Virus record (IMG/VR): IMGVR_UViG_2593339225_000003
Coordinates: 48,887-112,886 of that record
Length of the DNA: 64,000 nt
Reading direction: 5' to 3' (one strand)
Source of the DNA: a virus
Lineage: Duplodnaviria > Caudoviricetes
This document shows positions 50,944 through 61,099 of the stretch, piece after piece. The position numbers and the translations under genes are program-made. The notes below the pieces were generated by a model. That model ran no database searches, was not told where the DNA came from, and saw only the letters and a list, made by a program, of their open reading frames with translations. Every line of letters starts with the position of its first letter. The stretch's first letter is position 1.

Positions 50944-51891
50944 ATGTTGCATACATTAAATAAGGCTTGGACGAAAATTTTAGCGCGGCGTACCGATAAA
51001 CACATTATGTTTGTTTATTCTACTCAGCAAGAACAGGATATGCTCATAGATACATTCACCGAGGTTGAAAAAGAAATCGGAGATTTGTGTTGTATGTGGG
51101 TAACAAATGAGAACGAGATAAAGAAAATGATGAATGATGGTATTGATATTGCAATGCAGGACGACATTCTGATTTCTCACGACATTCACGATGTTATGCT
51201 GAAGGATTACCTCGCGCGGCATTGCAAAAGGAAGTGCTGCTAATGTTTATGCGAGAAGAATGTAGGTATTATGCTCCTTGCGGGTTATGTACATATTATG
51301 ACAAGCCGTGCAGTAAGATGCGGAACAAAAACTAAATACGTAGGTTCAAGCGCACTTACTCCGACAGATAATCCTCCGCACGAAAAGATAATACCATTTA
51401 AGAAAGAAAGGGAATAAATATGGGTTCAAAAGATTTTATTTTTAAGGTTAAGGAGCTTGTTGCGGAATATGCTAATGAGCATTTGGACAAGTCCGATAAC
51501 AAACAGATTACAGTAGATGATGTCTTTATTGTTTGGTTTTGTAAAACCTTGCAGAACAATAAGGCACTCGCAAGCACCACGCTTTTCGACGGTATGTACT
51601 ACGAGATTACATACAATGGCGACAAGAACGAAATCTACTTCGATGCGTATAAGAAGTGGGAAAACAAGTGTATCAAGTTAGGTGAATGATATGGCAAATC
51701 TTAATTTTGGTATCGGTTGCAGTTTAGAGATAACCGAAGATACGGCGGAACTTGCATTAAAGGCTGTTAATCTTTACTGCAATAAAAACGATTTGATGAT
51801 TGAAGAATCAACATACGAAGATAGAAGCGGCACAAAAATGAAGTTTGTTCCAAGACCTTATGATTTTTATGAAAAGAGGAATAAGAAATGA
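50944..51891 (+). other. Small hypothetical genes (50944-51243, 51420-51689, 51682-51891)
   Basis: 51420-51689 carries VWFCKTLQN.KAL..YFDAYKKWEN, a conserved-looking small phage family. Confidence 0.6.
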
Positions 51892-52808
51892 TTTGTTTTT
51901 ATCACGCCGATAATGACGGCAAATGCGCGGGATTTTGGGTAAACAAATGTGGACTTACAGATAAGTACGGTAAAAATTTCTTTAAGATTGATTATGGCAT
52001 TGATTTCCCGTTTGATATAATTCATAAAGATGAAAGAGTTTACATTGTGGATTATTCTATCCCGCCCGAGCAGATGGACAAACTTCTCGAAATCACGCCC
52101 AACGTCGTTTTTATTGACCACCACAAGTCAGCGATTGAAATGTACAAGGATTATGATAAAGAGATTGCCGGTCTGAGATATGACGGAATCGCGGGATGTA
52201 TGCTCACTTATATCTATCTCAATGAAATGACAAATTCAAATGGCGAGATTATCCGCGATTTTAAGCCAATGTTAGATAAAAATGCTCCGTGGTTTACAAA
52301 GTTTATCGCAGATTATGATGTATGGAAATTTGAATACGGAGATAACACAAATTTTTTTGAAAAAGGATTTTCACTTTTCCCACACGAGCCGGAAGATGAT
52401 ATTTGGAAAACTCTTTTAACAGAAGATTCTTTGTTCAAGATTAAATATCGCGGTTCAGTTGACGAATGGAATTTGCCAAAAAATATTCAAACAATAATTG
52501 ATAATGGTAAGACTATCACGGCATACCGTTATAACTATATGCAAGACTATTGTGAGAAGAAAGGTTTTGAAACTGACGCGCTTGGCTACAAGGCATTTGC
52601 TGTCAATATGGCTTTAATGGGAACAGACGATTTTGTTATCCCAAATGTTAATGACTATGAGTTGTTGGTTTCGTTCTCCTATGACGGCAAGGCTTGGAAT
52701 TACTCATTACGTTCGGAGAAGGTTGATTGCGCAGAGCTTGCGGGTAAATTTGGTGGCGGAGGTCATAAAGGAGCTGCCGGATTTAGCACGGAATCGCTGA
52801 TTTTTTAA
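51888..52808 (+). CDS. DHH/DHHA1-family phosphoesterase
   Basis: HADNDG, IVDYS, IDHH, GGGGHKGAAGF. Confidence 0.9.
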   Translation: MICFYHADNDGKCAGFWVNKCGLTDKYGKNFFKIDYGIDFPFDIIHKDERVYIVDYSIPPEQMDKLLEITPNVVFIDHHKSAIEMYKDYDKEIAGLRYDGIAGCMLTYIYLNEMTNSNGEIIRDFKPMLDKNAPWFTKFIADYDVWKFEYGDNTNFFEKGFSLFPHEPEDDIWKTLLTEDSLFKIKYRGSVDEWNLPKNIQTIIDNGKTITAYRYNYMQDYCEKKGFETDALGYKAFAVNMALMGTDDFVIPNVNDYELLVSFSYDGKAWNYSLRSEKVDCAELAGKFGGGGHKGAAGFSTESLIF

Positions 52809-52987
52809 GGAGAAAATAAAATGGGAGTTTTATTGATAATTTTTGGTATAATTTTGTTATTTTTCTTCATAATTACCCTATTTTCGTGCTTAAAAATGGC
52901 AAAAAATTGTTGACGAAAGAATGTATGAGCAAATAAAAGCCGAAGAAATGAAAGATAAGGCGGAGGATTGAGAAAGGAGCGCGATTT

Positions 52988-53731
52988 TTGAAGTTAGCTC
53001 TAATAAAAGGAATTATAATAGCAGTTATGTTCTTGGCGATTGCGAGTGCATCCATCGTGGCGGTAAACACTCCACATCCAGAAGTGGTTACACCCGATGA
53101 AGCCTCGACACCCGACCAAGCAACAATAGATGAAGTAACAACAACGGCGACGGTTCATATGACGACCGCAAAAGCGATTGAAACGACCGTCGCGGGAACT
53201 ACAAAACCAACAGAACCAAAACCAATAGAGGCGCAAACTACTGAGCCGATTGTAACAGAGCCGCAAGAGGAAGAACCAAAAAACGCAGATTCGCAGGATA
53301 ATGAGGTAGAAGAAGTCGCGGAAACCGAGCCAAAAGAAGTAGAATATCTTTTGGATATTGACAATCCCGACCCAAACTACACTCCACAATCCTTCAGTTT
53401 ATCGGATTCCGAGCGATACCAAATTGCTTGTGTTGTTATGGGTGAGTTTGGCGGCGGCGGATTTACAGGTTGCGCTTTGATTGCACAATCCATAAGAGAT
53501 GCTATGGCTGAGTATGGCTATTCCGCAAGCTCCGTCACTTCAAGTATGGGTTATTACGGATATAACGGCGACCCAAATTCAAGCAGTTACGAAGCTGTTG
53601 ACTGGATATTCGACGGAAATGCGGCGGTGCAGCATAGAATATTATATATGAATAATTCTCCCGGCGGTTGGCACGGAACACAGCAATACATATTAGATTA
53701 TCAAGGCGTTTGGTTCTTTGATAAATGGTGA
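52988..53731 (+). CDS. Secreted protein with a Thr/Pro/Glu linker and a SleB-like cell-wall hydrolase domain
   Basis: Signal peptide, VVMGE..ALIAQSIRD, C-terminal WFF. Confidence 0.6.
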   Translation: MKLALIKGIIIAVMFLAIASASIVAVNTPHPEVVTPDEASTPDQATIDEVTTTATVHMTTAKAIETTVAGTTKPTEPKPIEAQTTEPIVTEPQEEEPKNADSQDNEVEEVAETEPKEVEYLLDIDNPDPNYTPQSFSLSDSERYQIACVVMGEFGGGGFTGCALIAQSIRDAMAEYGYSASSVTSSMGYYGYNGDPNSSSYEAVDWIFDGNAAVQHRILYMNNSPGGWHGTQQYILDYQGVWFFDKW

Positions 53732-53735
53732 CACG

Positions 53736-54469
53736 ATGAAAAAGAAAAGAAATATTCCTGTTAAGATACTGAGAGGAAAAGAAGCAAGAGAGTTCTTCAA
53801 AAAGATTCCTCTTGACAGTGAGAAGCCGAAAGAGCCAAAGAATTTTCGTTTTCAGTTGTCGGACGAGCAACAAAAGAAGTATGATAGATGGCGGAAGCGG
53901 CATAAATGTTCTTTCCGCAAGAACGGTATTAGATACGTCGGAGCTGCCGGCGGCGCAGATACATTTCACATCACAGGCACAGGACTCGGATATATCGTAA
54001 GTGTTGAATGTTCGTGCGGAAGTATATGTGATTTAACGGAGGGGTTCTAATGTGGTTATTGCTAAAAATGTTATCTCAAAAAGAGAAAGAAGCAGAAAAG
54101 GAAGAAATTATAGTTTCAGATAATGATGTCTTAACTGAATTAAAGGATATACAAAAACAAATAATCGAAGTGAAGTCTGCGCTCGATATTATAGAATCAA
54201 GAAAGTTCCCAATGATTCGAGAATGGTGTAATTCCTTTTTTGGTGCGCTCCCATATCCACCATCGCCATATCGTTATGAGGCTTATACTGAGATGATAAT
54301 GGAGCGTATGGCAAATGAACTTACAAAAGGAAATTTTGATTTTGATGAGTTTTGCAAGGAAGTTTCGTGGTTGCTAAAAACAGGAGAAAGCAAACAGGCA
54401 TTAAATCAGCAATTAGAAGAATTGAGAAAAAGAGAGAAAAGAATAAAAGATAAATTGGGAATAACGTAA
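53736..54469 (+). other. Two hypothetical genes (~53736-54050, 54050-54469)
   Basis: Coupled TAATG junction. Confidence 0.55.
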
Positions 54470-54489
54470 AAATAAGGTGGTGATGTAAA

Positions 54490-55107
54490 ATGAGCCAGAA
54501 TTTTTATATTTCTGACTTACATTAGCATTTTGGTCACGCAAACATAATCCATTTTGACGGTCGCCCATTCAAAGACACGCTTGAAATGGAACAAACGCTA
54601 ATCAAGAATTGGAATGAGAAAGTAACCAAAGAAGATGTCGTTTACATACTCGGCGATTTTTGTTGGAGCAAGGAAAAGAGTGAATGGCTCAAAATCCTCG
54701 ACCAACTGAATGGCAGTAAATATTTGATTCGCGGTAATCACGATTTGAAGAACCCGCCGGCAGCAGTCAAAAACAAATTCTGCCAAATCACAGACTACAA
54801 AGAAATAACAGACAACGGCAAACGTATCATTATGAGCCATTACCCGATTTTGTTCTATCGGTCAAGTTATAACGAGGGTGTTTGGCATTTTTGCGGGCAT
54901 ACGCATAATCGCACAGCCGAGGAAGATTTAAGGCAAAATTATGTTTGTGATATAATTGGTGAACGTAAACTGGCAAAATTGGCGGGTCGAGATTATCAGC
55001 ATTTGAACAGAGGTCATATTATCAATGTTGGTTGTATGATGGATTATATGAACTACACTCCGCGAACTGCGGACGAGCTTATTGAGTGGTGGAGAAAACA
55101 CTATTGA
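54490..55107 (+). pseudogene. Calcineurin-like phosphoesterase with an in-frame TAG at 54523
   Basis: MSQNFYISDLH*HFGHAN..LGDF..GNHD..SHYP..GHTH. Confidence 0.75.
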
Positions 55108-55512
55108 TTGATACAGAAATAAAACTATATGCCGTTCGCGATAAAAAGTCCGGCAAATTCGTAAATAACATAACTAATCCAAAACATAAATTTTGGGAAA
55201 AGAAAGGTAGTTGCGAAACCGCACTAAAAACCTATGCTATTCGTTACGAATATTTAATAACTGAGGGAAGTTATAGAGGTAAATTATCTCATCCCGACGA
55301 TTTGGAAATTGTTGAGTTATTCTGCTATGAAAAGCCAGAAGCGTTAAAAATCGCGGAATCGCTTCTCCCGCCGATTGAGGAAATGAGAGATTTCACACCA
55401 GAAGAAAGTGCGGCATATAATAAACACATTGAAGAAATCAGCACCCCAATTATCGGAGCTGACGGTAAGCCAGTAAATTTGATGGATATGTTGAAGTAAC
55501 TGAGGTTATAAA

Positions 55513-56223
55513 ATGAGTAATTCAGATATTAAACCGGTTGACATTACGGTAAAATTACATAAGGATTTGCACGGCAACGAAGAAATCTGCCCTACCTGCA
55601 ATGGTGTTGGGCTTGTTATTGCCAACAATAGTTATGGTTTAGAAGATAGTACAAACAATAATCATTTGCCAACGTTCCCATACAAACATCAATCTTTAAG
55701 ATTTTGCTCGGACTGTTATAATGGCGTGGTTCATCGGTGCGAATATTGCGGCGAAATTATTCCAAGACATCGGACAAAATGTAATTGCGAAAAACAAAGA
55801 GAAATTGATTTCATCGAATTGCAAAACAAAGAAAATGAAAAATTGATGAAGGCATTTGAAGCTCCGCAGGAAGTGTTAGAAAAATCGTCGCTTTTCTATT
55901 CCGAGGACTACGGATATGACGATGGTTACTTTTCCGATTGGGAAGATTTCTTTGAGTGTTGGTATGAAAATCATAGTGTAGATGACCCGCGACCAGAATA
56001 TGTATGGGCAACAGAACCATATAAAATGTCGATTAGCGCGGATAGCATTATCGAAAGGGCAACAGAAGATTTATATGAGGATGCTATAAGCGATATTTCA
56101 GATGAAAAGTTTGATGAGTTGCAGGAGTTCTTGAATAATTGGTGTGAAAATTCGGGAGTGAAAACAACATATTATCAATCAAAATACAAGGTGAAAATAC
56201 CGTGGGAAGAAGATGAACATTAA
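55513..56223 (+). CDS. Zn-finger (CxxCxGxG) acidic protein
   Basis: CPTCNGVG, CSDC, CEYC. Confidence 0.65.
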   Translation: MSNSDIKPVDITVKLHKDLHGNEEICPTCNGVGLVIANNSYGLEDSTNNNHLPTFPYKHQSLRFCSDCYNGVVHRCEYCGEIIPRHRTKCNCEKQREIDFIELQNKENEKLMKAFEAPQEVLEKSSLFYSEDYGYDDGYFSDWEDFFECWYENHSVDDPRPEYVWATEPYKMSISADSIIERATEDLYEDAISDISDEKFDELQEFLNNWCENSGVKTTYYQSKYKVKIPWEEDEH

Positions 56224-56225
56224 CA

Positions 56226-56717
56226 ATGAGGGTTTATAATATAAATAATATTTCAATAGGTATTCTCAGCCGATTTCAGGCTTCTGAATACTGTCAAATC
56301 AAGCATAAAACCGATTCTGTGATTATCTCAATCTCCACGCCAAACGTAGATTATACTGGCTATCCTATTGAAGCAGACGACGAAAATAGAGTTATTGCTA
56401 TTCTTTCGATTGAATTTATGGATGCTGACAATCCCGGCGATTACGACGTTTATGGCTCTATAACAACCATTGACGACCTTATGACCGACGAGGATGCCAA
56501 AAAGATTGTTGCGTTCGTTGAGCAATACAAGGATAAGCGTATTTTGGTGCATTGCGATGCCGGCATTTCTCGTTCTTCCGCAGTTGTAGCGGCAATCCTC
56601 AAACACTATACAGGAAATGACGATATGATTTTCGACAGCCGTTGGTATAATCCGAACAGATGGGTTTACCGCAAAGTGCTTGAGGCGTTTGAAATTGACA
56701 ATGGAGAGGTAGATTGA
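56226..56717 (+). CDS. Cys-based (PTP/dual-specificity-like) phosphatase
   Basis: VHCDAGISRS (HCx5R). Confidence 0.85.
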   Translation: MRVYNINNISIGILSRFQASEYCQIKHKTDSVIISISTPNVDYTGYPIEADDENRVIAILSIEFMDADNPGDYDVYGSITTIDDLMTDEDAKKIVAFVEQYKDKRILVHCDAGISRSSAVVAAILKHYTGNDDMIFDSRWYNPNRWVYRKVLEAFEIDNGEVD

Positions 56718-56718
56718 T

Positions 56719-57285
56719 ATGGCAAAAATAACTTTTACTTTAGATTTAGATTACATTGATGAATTTGAAAATTTAGACGATGATTTGCGAGATGAGATTA
56801 CTGATACGGTAGTAAACAAGATAATATCTAAAATTGATAATTCGATTGAAGATGAAGCCAAAAAGAAATTAGAAGAAAAACTTTGCAAGGTCGATGAAAC
56901 TATTTCGAAAAGGTTTAATCAAATAATTGTGAACTTTTTTTCTACGCCGAAAACCATTACGGACGCTTATGGCGATGTTGTTGAAAAAAATGTAACAATA
57001 AACGAAAAACTAAAAGCTCGTTGTGATTCATTCCTAACGGAAAAGGTGGATTCAAGCGGAAATGTTACAAAGGGAAGCTCATATCGTCCTACAAAGCCAA
57101 GATATGAATATGTACTTAATCAAATTGTTGATAGCAGTCTAAAATATGAAATTGATAATATAGCAATCAAAATACGAGACGAAGCAAAAAAGATGATTGA
57201 AACCGAAGTGAAATCGCGGATTGGTGAAAAACTGGCTGATTTAATAGATATTAATGCCGTTATAAATAAAGCGATAGGAAATTAA
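56719..57285 (+). CDS. Hypothetical protein
   Basis: 188 aa, GAGG RBS. Confidence 0.65.
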   Translation: MAKITFTLDLDYIDEFENLDDDLRDEITDTVVNKIISKIDNSIEDEAKKKLEEKLCKVDETISKRFNQIIVNFFSTPKTITDAYGDVVEKNVTINEKLKARCDSFLTEKVDSSGNVTKGSSYRPTKPRYEYVLNQIVDSSLKYEIDNIAIKIRDEAKKMIETEVKSRIGEKLADLIDINAVINKAIGN

Positions 57286-57295
57286 GGAGCAAAAA

Positions 57296-58528
57296 ATGAA
57301 TAACAAATGGATTAGGGTTGCGATTCCCGCGCTTTTGATACATTGCTCCGTCGGCACGGTCTATTGTTGGTCAACGTTCAAACAATCCATAGCTGAACAG
57401 ATTGGTATGTCGCCTTTTGCTGTCGGCTGGGCGTTCTCGTTGGCTATCTTTTTCCTCGGAATGTCGGCGGCTTTTGTCGGCAAATTCGTGGAACGTGACA
57501 TACATAAGTCATCATTGATTGCTTGCATCTGTTTTACAACGGGAATGATTGGCACAGGATTGTCAATTCAGTTTTTGACAGGCTGGGCGGCAATGATAGG
57601 AATATATTTATGCTACGGCGTAATAATGGGTATCGGACTCGGTATCGGTTACCTAACTCCCGTGAAAACTCTTATGTTGTGGTTTTCCGAGAATAAAGGA
57701 CTTGCAACAGGAATTTCAATTATGGGATTTGGACTCGCAAAAGCCATTGCAACGCCTATTATGGAGTGGTTGCAGGGCAGTTTTGGAATAGCACCAATGT
57801 TTATAATACTTGGCGTGGCATATTTCTGCTTGATGTTCCTCGGACACATATTACTTAAAAAGCCCGAAGTCTGGGTTGAACCACAGACAAACGAGGGATT
57901 CAACGCCCTCACTATATTTAAGAATAAGCAATTTATCGGCATTTGGTTAATGTTCTTCTTGAATATCCATTGCGGGTTAATGATTATTTCTTATGAAAAG
58001 CAGATTTTGAGCGTTACATTCGCAACTGCGGCAAGTTTGGCACTGATTTTGAGTATCGTTCCTTCGTTTACCGCAGGATTTAATGCTCTCGGGCGGATTG
58101 GCTATTCAACACTATCCGATAGACTTAAGGAACGCAATTCAATTTACATTATCATTTTCACAAGCTGTATAGTAATTTCTTCTATGGTCGTGCTATTCCA
58201 CGCGGTCGAAGGAGCAACAAATATCGCACTTGGAATAATGGTAATCGCTTTTCTATTTATTATCAACGCAGGATATGGCGGCGGTTTTTCGACCTTACCA
58301 GCACTTCTGTCAGAAAGATTTGGAATGAAGAAGATAAGCCAAATCCACGGACTTGCTTTGTCTGCTTGGGCTATCGCGGGATTAACTGGCAATAACACCT
58401 CGGAACTGATTTTGAATAGCACGGGAAGTTATACGAGCGTTGTTCTGATTGGCGTGATATTATATACGGTTGCGCTGGTGATTTGTGTATCTTTAGTCGG
58501 CAAGAAAAGAGGTAATACTATTGTTTGA
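57296..58528 (+). CDS. MFS transporter, oxalate:formate antiporter (OFA) family
   Basis: About 12 TM segments, GTVYCWS, GIGYLTPVKTLMLWF..KGLATG, YGGGFS. Confidence 0.85.
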   Translation: MNNKWIRVAIPALLIHCSVGTVYCWSTFKQSIAEQIGMSPFAVGWAFSLAIFFLGMSAAFVGKFVERDIHKSSLIACICFTTGMIGTGLSIQFLTGWAAMIGIYLCYGVIMGIGLGIGYLTPVKTLMLWFSENKGLATGISIMGFGLAKAIATPIMEWLQGSFGIAPMFIILGVAYFCLMFLGHILLKKPEVWVEPQTNEGFNALTIFKNKQFIGIWLMFFLNIHCGLMIISYEKQILSVTFATAASLALILSIVPSFTAGFNALGRIGYSTLSDRLKERNSIYIIIFTSCIVISSMVVLFHAVEGATNIALGIMVIAFLFIINAGYGGGFSTLPALLSERFGMKKISQIHGLALSAWAIAGLTGNNTSELILNSTGSYTSVVLIGVILYTVALVICVSLVGKKRGNTIV

Positions 58529-60593
58529 TGTCGCGGAAATGAAAGAACTTGTTGAAAAGTTAAACAAGTACCGAGATGCTTATTACAATCAAAATACGAG
58601 TTTAATTACCGACAGGGAATACGACAGTTTATATGATAAACTCTGTCAAATGGAAGTGGAGAGCGGGTTGATTTTGTCAAACTCGCCCACTCAATCCGTT
58701 GGATATACCGTATCAAGCAAATTAGAAAAGGTTAAGCATAACCATCCGTTGCTTTCTCTTGATAAAACCACGAAAATAAACGAATTTGCTGATTATTTCA
58801 AAAGCAGAGATTGTCTGCTTATGGCTAAATTAGACGGGTTGACTTGCTCTATTACCTATAAAAATGGTAAGTTATTCCGCGCGGAAACTCGCGGTGATGG
58901 CGAAATCGGAGAAGATATTACCGTCAATGCAAGAGTATTCTCAAATCTTCCTCTAACAATTCCCTATAATGGTGAATTAGTCATTGATGGGGAATGTATT
59001 ATTTCTCAGGAGGATTTTGAACGAATTAACAATCCTCTTATTAAAAAAGCAGAGGTAGAGGGTAAAGCGAAAGGTCTGCAAGGTAAAGATTTGGCGGATT
59101 ATGTACACAAAAATTCGTTCGCCAACCCGCGAAATCTCGTGAGTGGCACTGTTCGGCAACTCGATAACAAAATAGTCAAAAGCAGAAATGTCAAGTTTTT
59201 GGCGTGGAAGTTATATTCAATAGGGAAAGACAAGAAAATAGACTCGCATTATCGCAGATTGATTGCCTTGAATAATCTTGGATTTGATATTGTGCCTTGT
59301 GATTATTTTGATACAATGGTAAACCAAATCAATGACGAGAGTTGTCAATTAGGAATTGAAGTAATCAAGGATAAATGTAAGTCTATGAGCATACCTATTG
59401 ATGGTATGGTTGGAATGTTTGACGATATTAAATATGGTGAATCGCTCGGAATGACGGGTCATCATCCGCGCCATTCTCTTGCTTTTAAGTTCTATCAAGA
59501 AGAAAACGAAACCACGTTAAAGGATATTGAATGGGCTACGAGCCGCACGGGGCAAGTTAATCCTGTTGCTGTGTTTGAGCCGGTCGAAATTGACGGTACA
59601 ACTGTTTCGCGGGCAACGCTGAACAATGTGAGTTGCATAAAGGAATTTGAGCTTGGTATAGGCGATACAATTACGGTCATTAAGAGTAATCAGATTATTC
59701 CTATGGTTACTCAAAACCTTTCAAGAAGTAATACATATAAAATTCCCGAAGTTTGCCCTTCGTGCGGACATCCAACTGTTATCAAAAATGATAACGGCAG
59801 AGAAATGCTTTATTGCACAAATCGGCAATGTAAAGCTGTGCTGCACGATTCAATAGCGAATTTCGCAAGCAGAAACGCTATGAATATCGTCGGTATCTCA
59901 GACGAAAGATTGCGGGTTTTGATTGACGAAGGATTTATCGAGGATTATGCCGACCTATATGATTTGAAATACCGCAAGGATGAGCTTACCAAACTGTCTG
60001 GCTTTGGCGAGGATAGCGTGAATAATATGCTCCAAGCCATAGAAAATAGCAAAGATTGCGAGATGGCAAATGTTATTGTTGCGATTGGTATTCCGAATAT
60101 CGGCAAATCCACGGCAAAGATTATCGCAGAGGAATGTGCGCGAAATTTCAATCCTATCATAGATAGAAACGCTATTAGCACTCTGATATGGTTAGCAACC
60201 GGTGAATACGATTGGAGCGAGTTGCCATCAATCGGCGAACTGACGAGCAATGCAATTAATGACTATGTATTTGCTAACGCGGGTTTAATAATGAGGTTGA
60301 ATAATAATCTAAATGTCAAAATGCCGGCACTGAGCAAAACAAATCAAGATGATTGGCGGAGTGGCAAAACATTTTGTATCACAGGTAAGTTAGAGCATTT
60401 TGATAACCGCGCGGCTTTGGTTTATAATATTGAATCCGCTGGCGGCAAGGTTGTTTCGTCTGTGACTAAAAAGACAGATTATTTGATTACGAATGATAAG
60501 ACCTCCGGCAGTTCTAAAAACAAGGCTGCGGCAAAATACGGAACGAAAATCATCACCGAAGCAGAGTATTGTTTGGGAGATAAAAATTTTTAA
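58521..60593 (+). CDS. ligA: NAD-dependent DNA ligase
   Basis: KLDG, TRGDG, NPRN, DG..AFKF, RTG, Zn finger, HhH and BRCT regions. Confidence 0.95.
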   Translation: MFDVAEMKELVEKLNKYRDAYYNQNTSLITDREYDSLYDKLCQMEVESGLILSNSPTQSVGYTVSSKLEKVKHNHPLLSLDKTTKINEFADYFKSRDCLLMAKLDGLTCSITYKNGKLFRAETRGDGEIGEDITVNARVFSNLPLTIPYNGELVIDGECIISQEDFERINNPLIKKAEVEGKAKGLQGKDLADYVHKNSFANPRNLVSGTVRQLDNKIVKSRNVKFLAWKLYSIGKDKKIDSHYRRLIALNNLGFDIVPCDYFDTMVNQINDESCQLGIEVIKDKCKSMSIPIDGMVGMFDDIKYGESLGMTGHHPRHSLAFKFYQEENETTLKDIEWATSRTGQVNPVAVFEPVEIDGTTVSRATLNNVSCIKEFELGIGDTITVIKSNQIIPMVTQNLSRSNTYKIPEVCPSCGHPTVIKNDNGREMLYCTNRQCKAVLHDSIANFASRNAMNIVGISDERLRVLIDEGFIEDYADLYDLKYRKDELTKLSGFGEDSVNNMLQAIENSKDCEMANVIVAIGIPNIGKSTAKIIAEECARNFNPIIDRNAISTLIWLATGEYDWSELPSIGELTSNAINDYVFANAGLIMRLNNNLNVKMPALSKTNQDDWRSGKTFCITGKLEHFDNRAALVYNIESAGGKVVSSVTKKTDYLITNDKTSGSSKNKAAAKYGTKIITEAEYCLGDKNF

Positions 60594-60672
60594 TGTAAAT
60601 AGCAAAAAACATATTGACAAATTTTTTGAGAAGTGCTATAATAGCCTTGTAAACGAAAAGAGGTGAAAAGAA

Positions 60673-60945
60673 ATGAGAGTAAGAATTGAATTAACCAACA
60701 TTGATGATGTAAAGAAGTTCCACGAAGCAGTTTGTAAAGTTAAGGAAGATGTAAGAGTTAAGGGTAAGGATGAGAATGGTATGCCGTGGGAAATGTCGGC
60801 AAAATCTTTGCTTTGTTCCTTGATTCTTTCGCAGAGGGCGCAGGAGGGCAGAGAGCACACCGCGCACGATGTTGACTGGAACACCATTTGGTGCGAATGT
60901 GAGACCGATATTTATTCGCTTATTCAGGATTTTGTCGTTCTCTAA
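60673..60945 (+). CDS. HPr-like small protein
   Basis: DVKKF..SAKSLL (cf. HPr Ser46 region). Own promoter at 60614. Confidence 0.55.
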   Translation: MRVRIELTNIDDVKKFHEAVCKVKEDVRVKGKDENGMPWEMSAKSLLCSLILSQRAQEGREHTAHDVDWNTIWCECETDIYSLIQDFVVL

Positions 60946-61099
60946 AGTAAATAGCACAAAAAATATTCACAGTAAATAAAATATTGTTTTTATTGCACAT
61001 ATATGTCTTAAATTACCTATCTTTCTAACTTTTCTTTTGATTTATTGCTTAATCCGAAATATTAATCATACGCAACCCCTCAAAAATAGAGGGGTTACT

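Noticed and set aside
33601-54525. TAG stop-codon reassignment suggested by in-frame TAGs at about 33602 and 54523
   Set aside because: No CUA-anticodon tRNA was found, other genes end normally in TAG (17255, 45273, 46532), and long genes are not interrupted by TAG.
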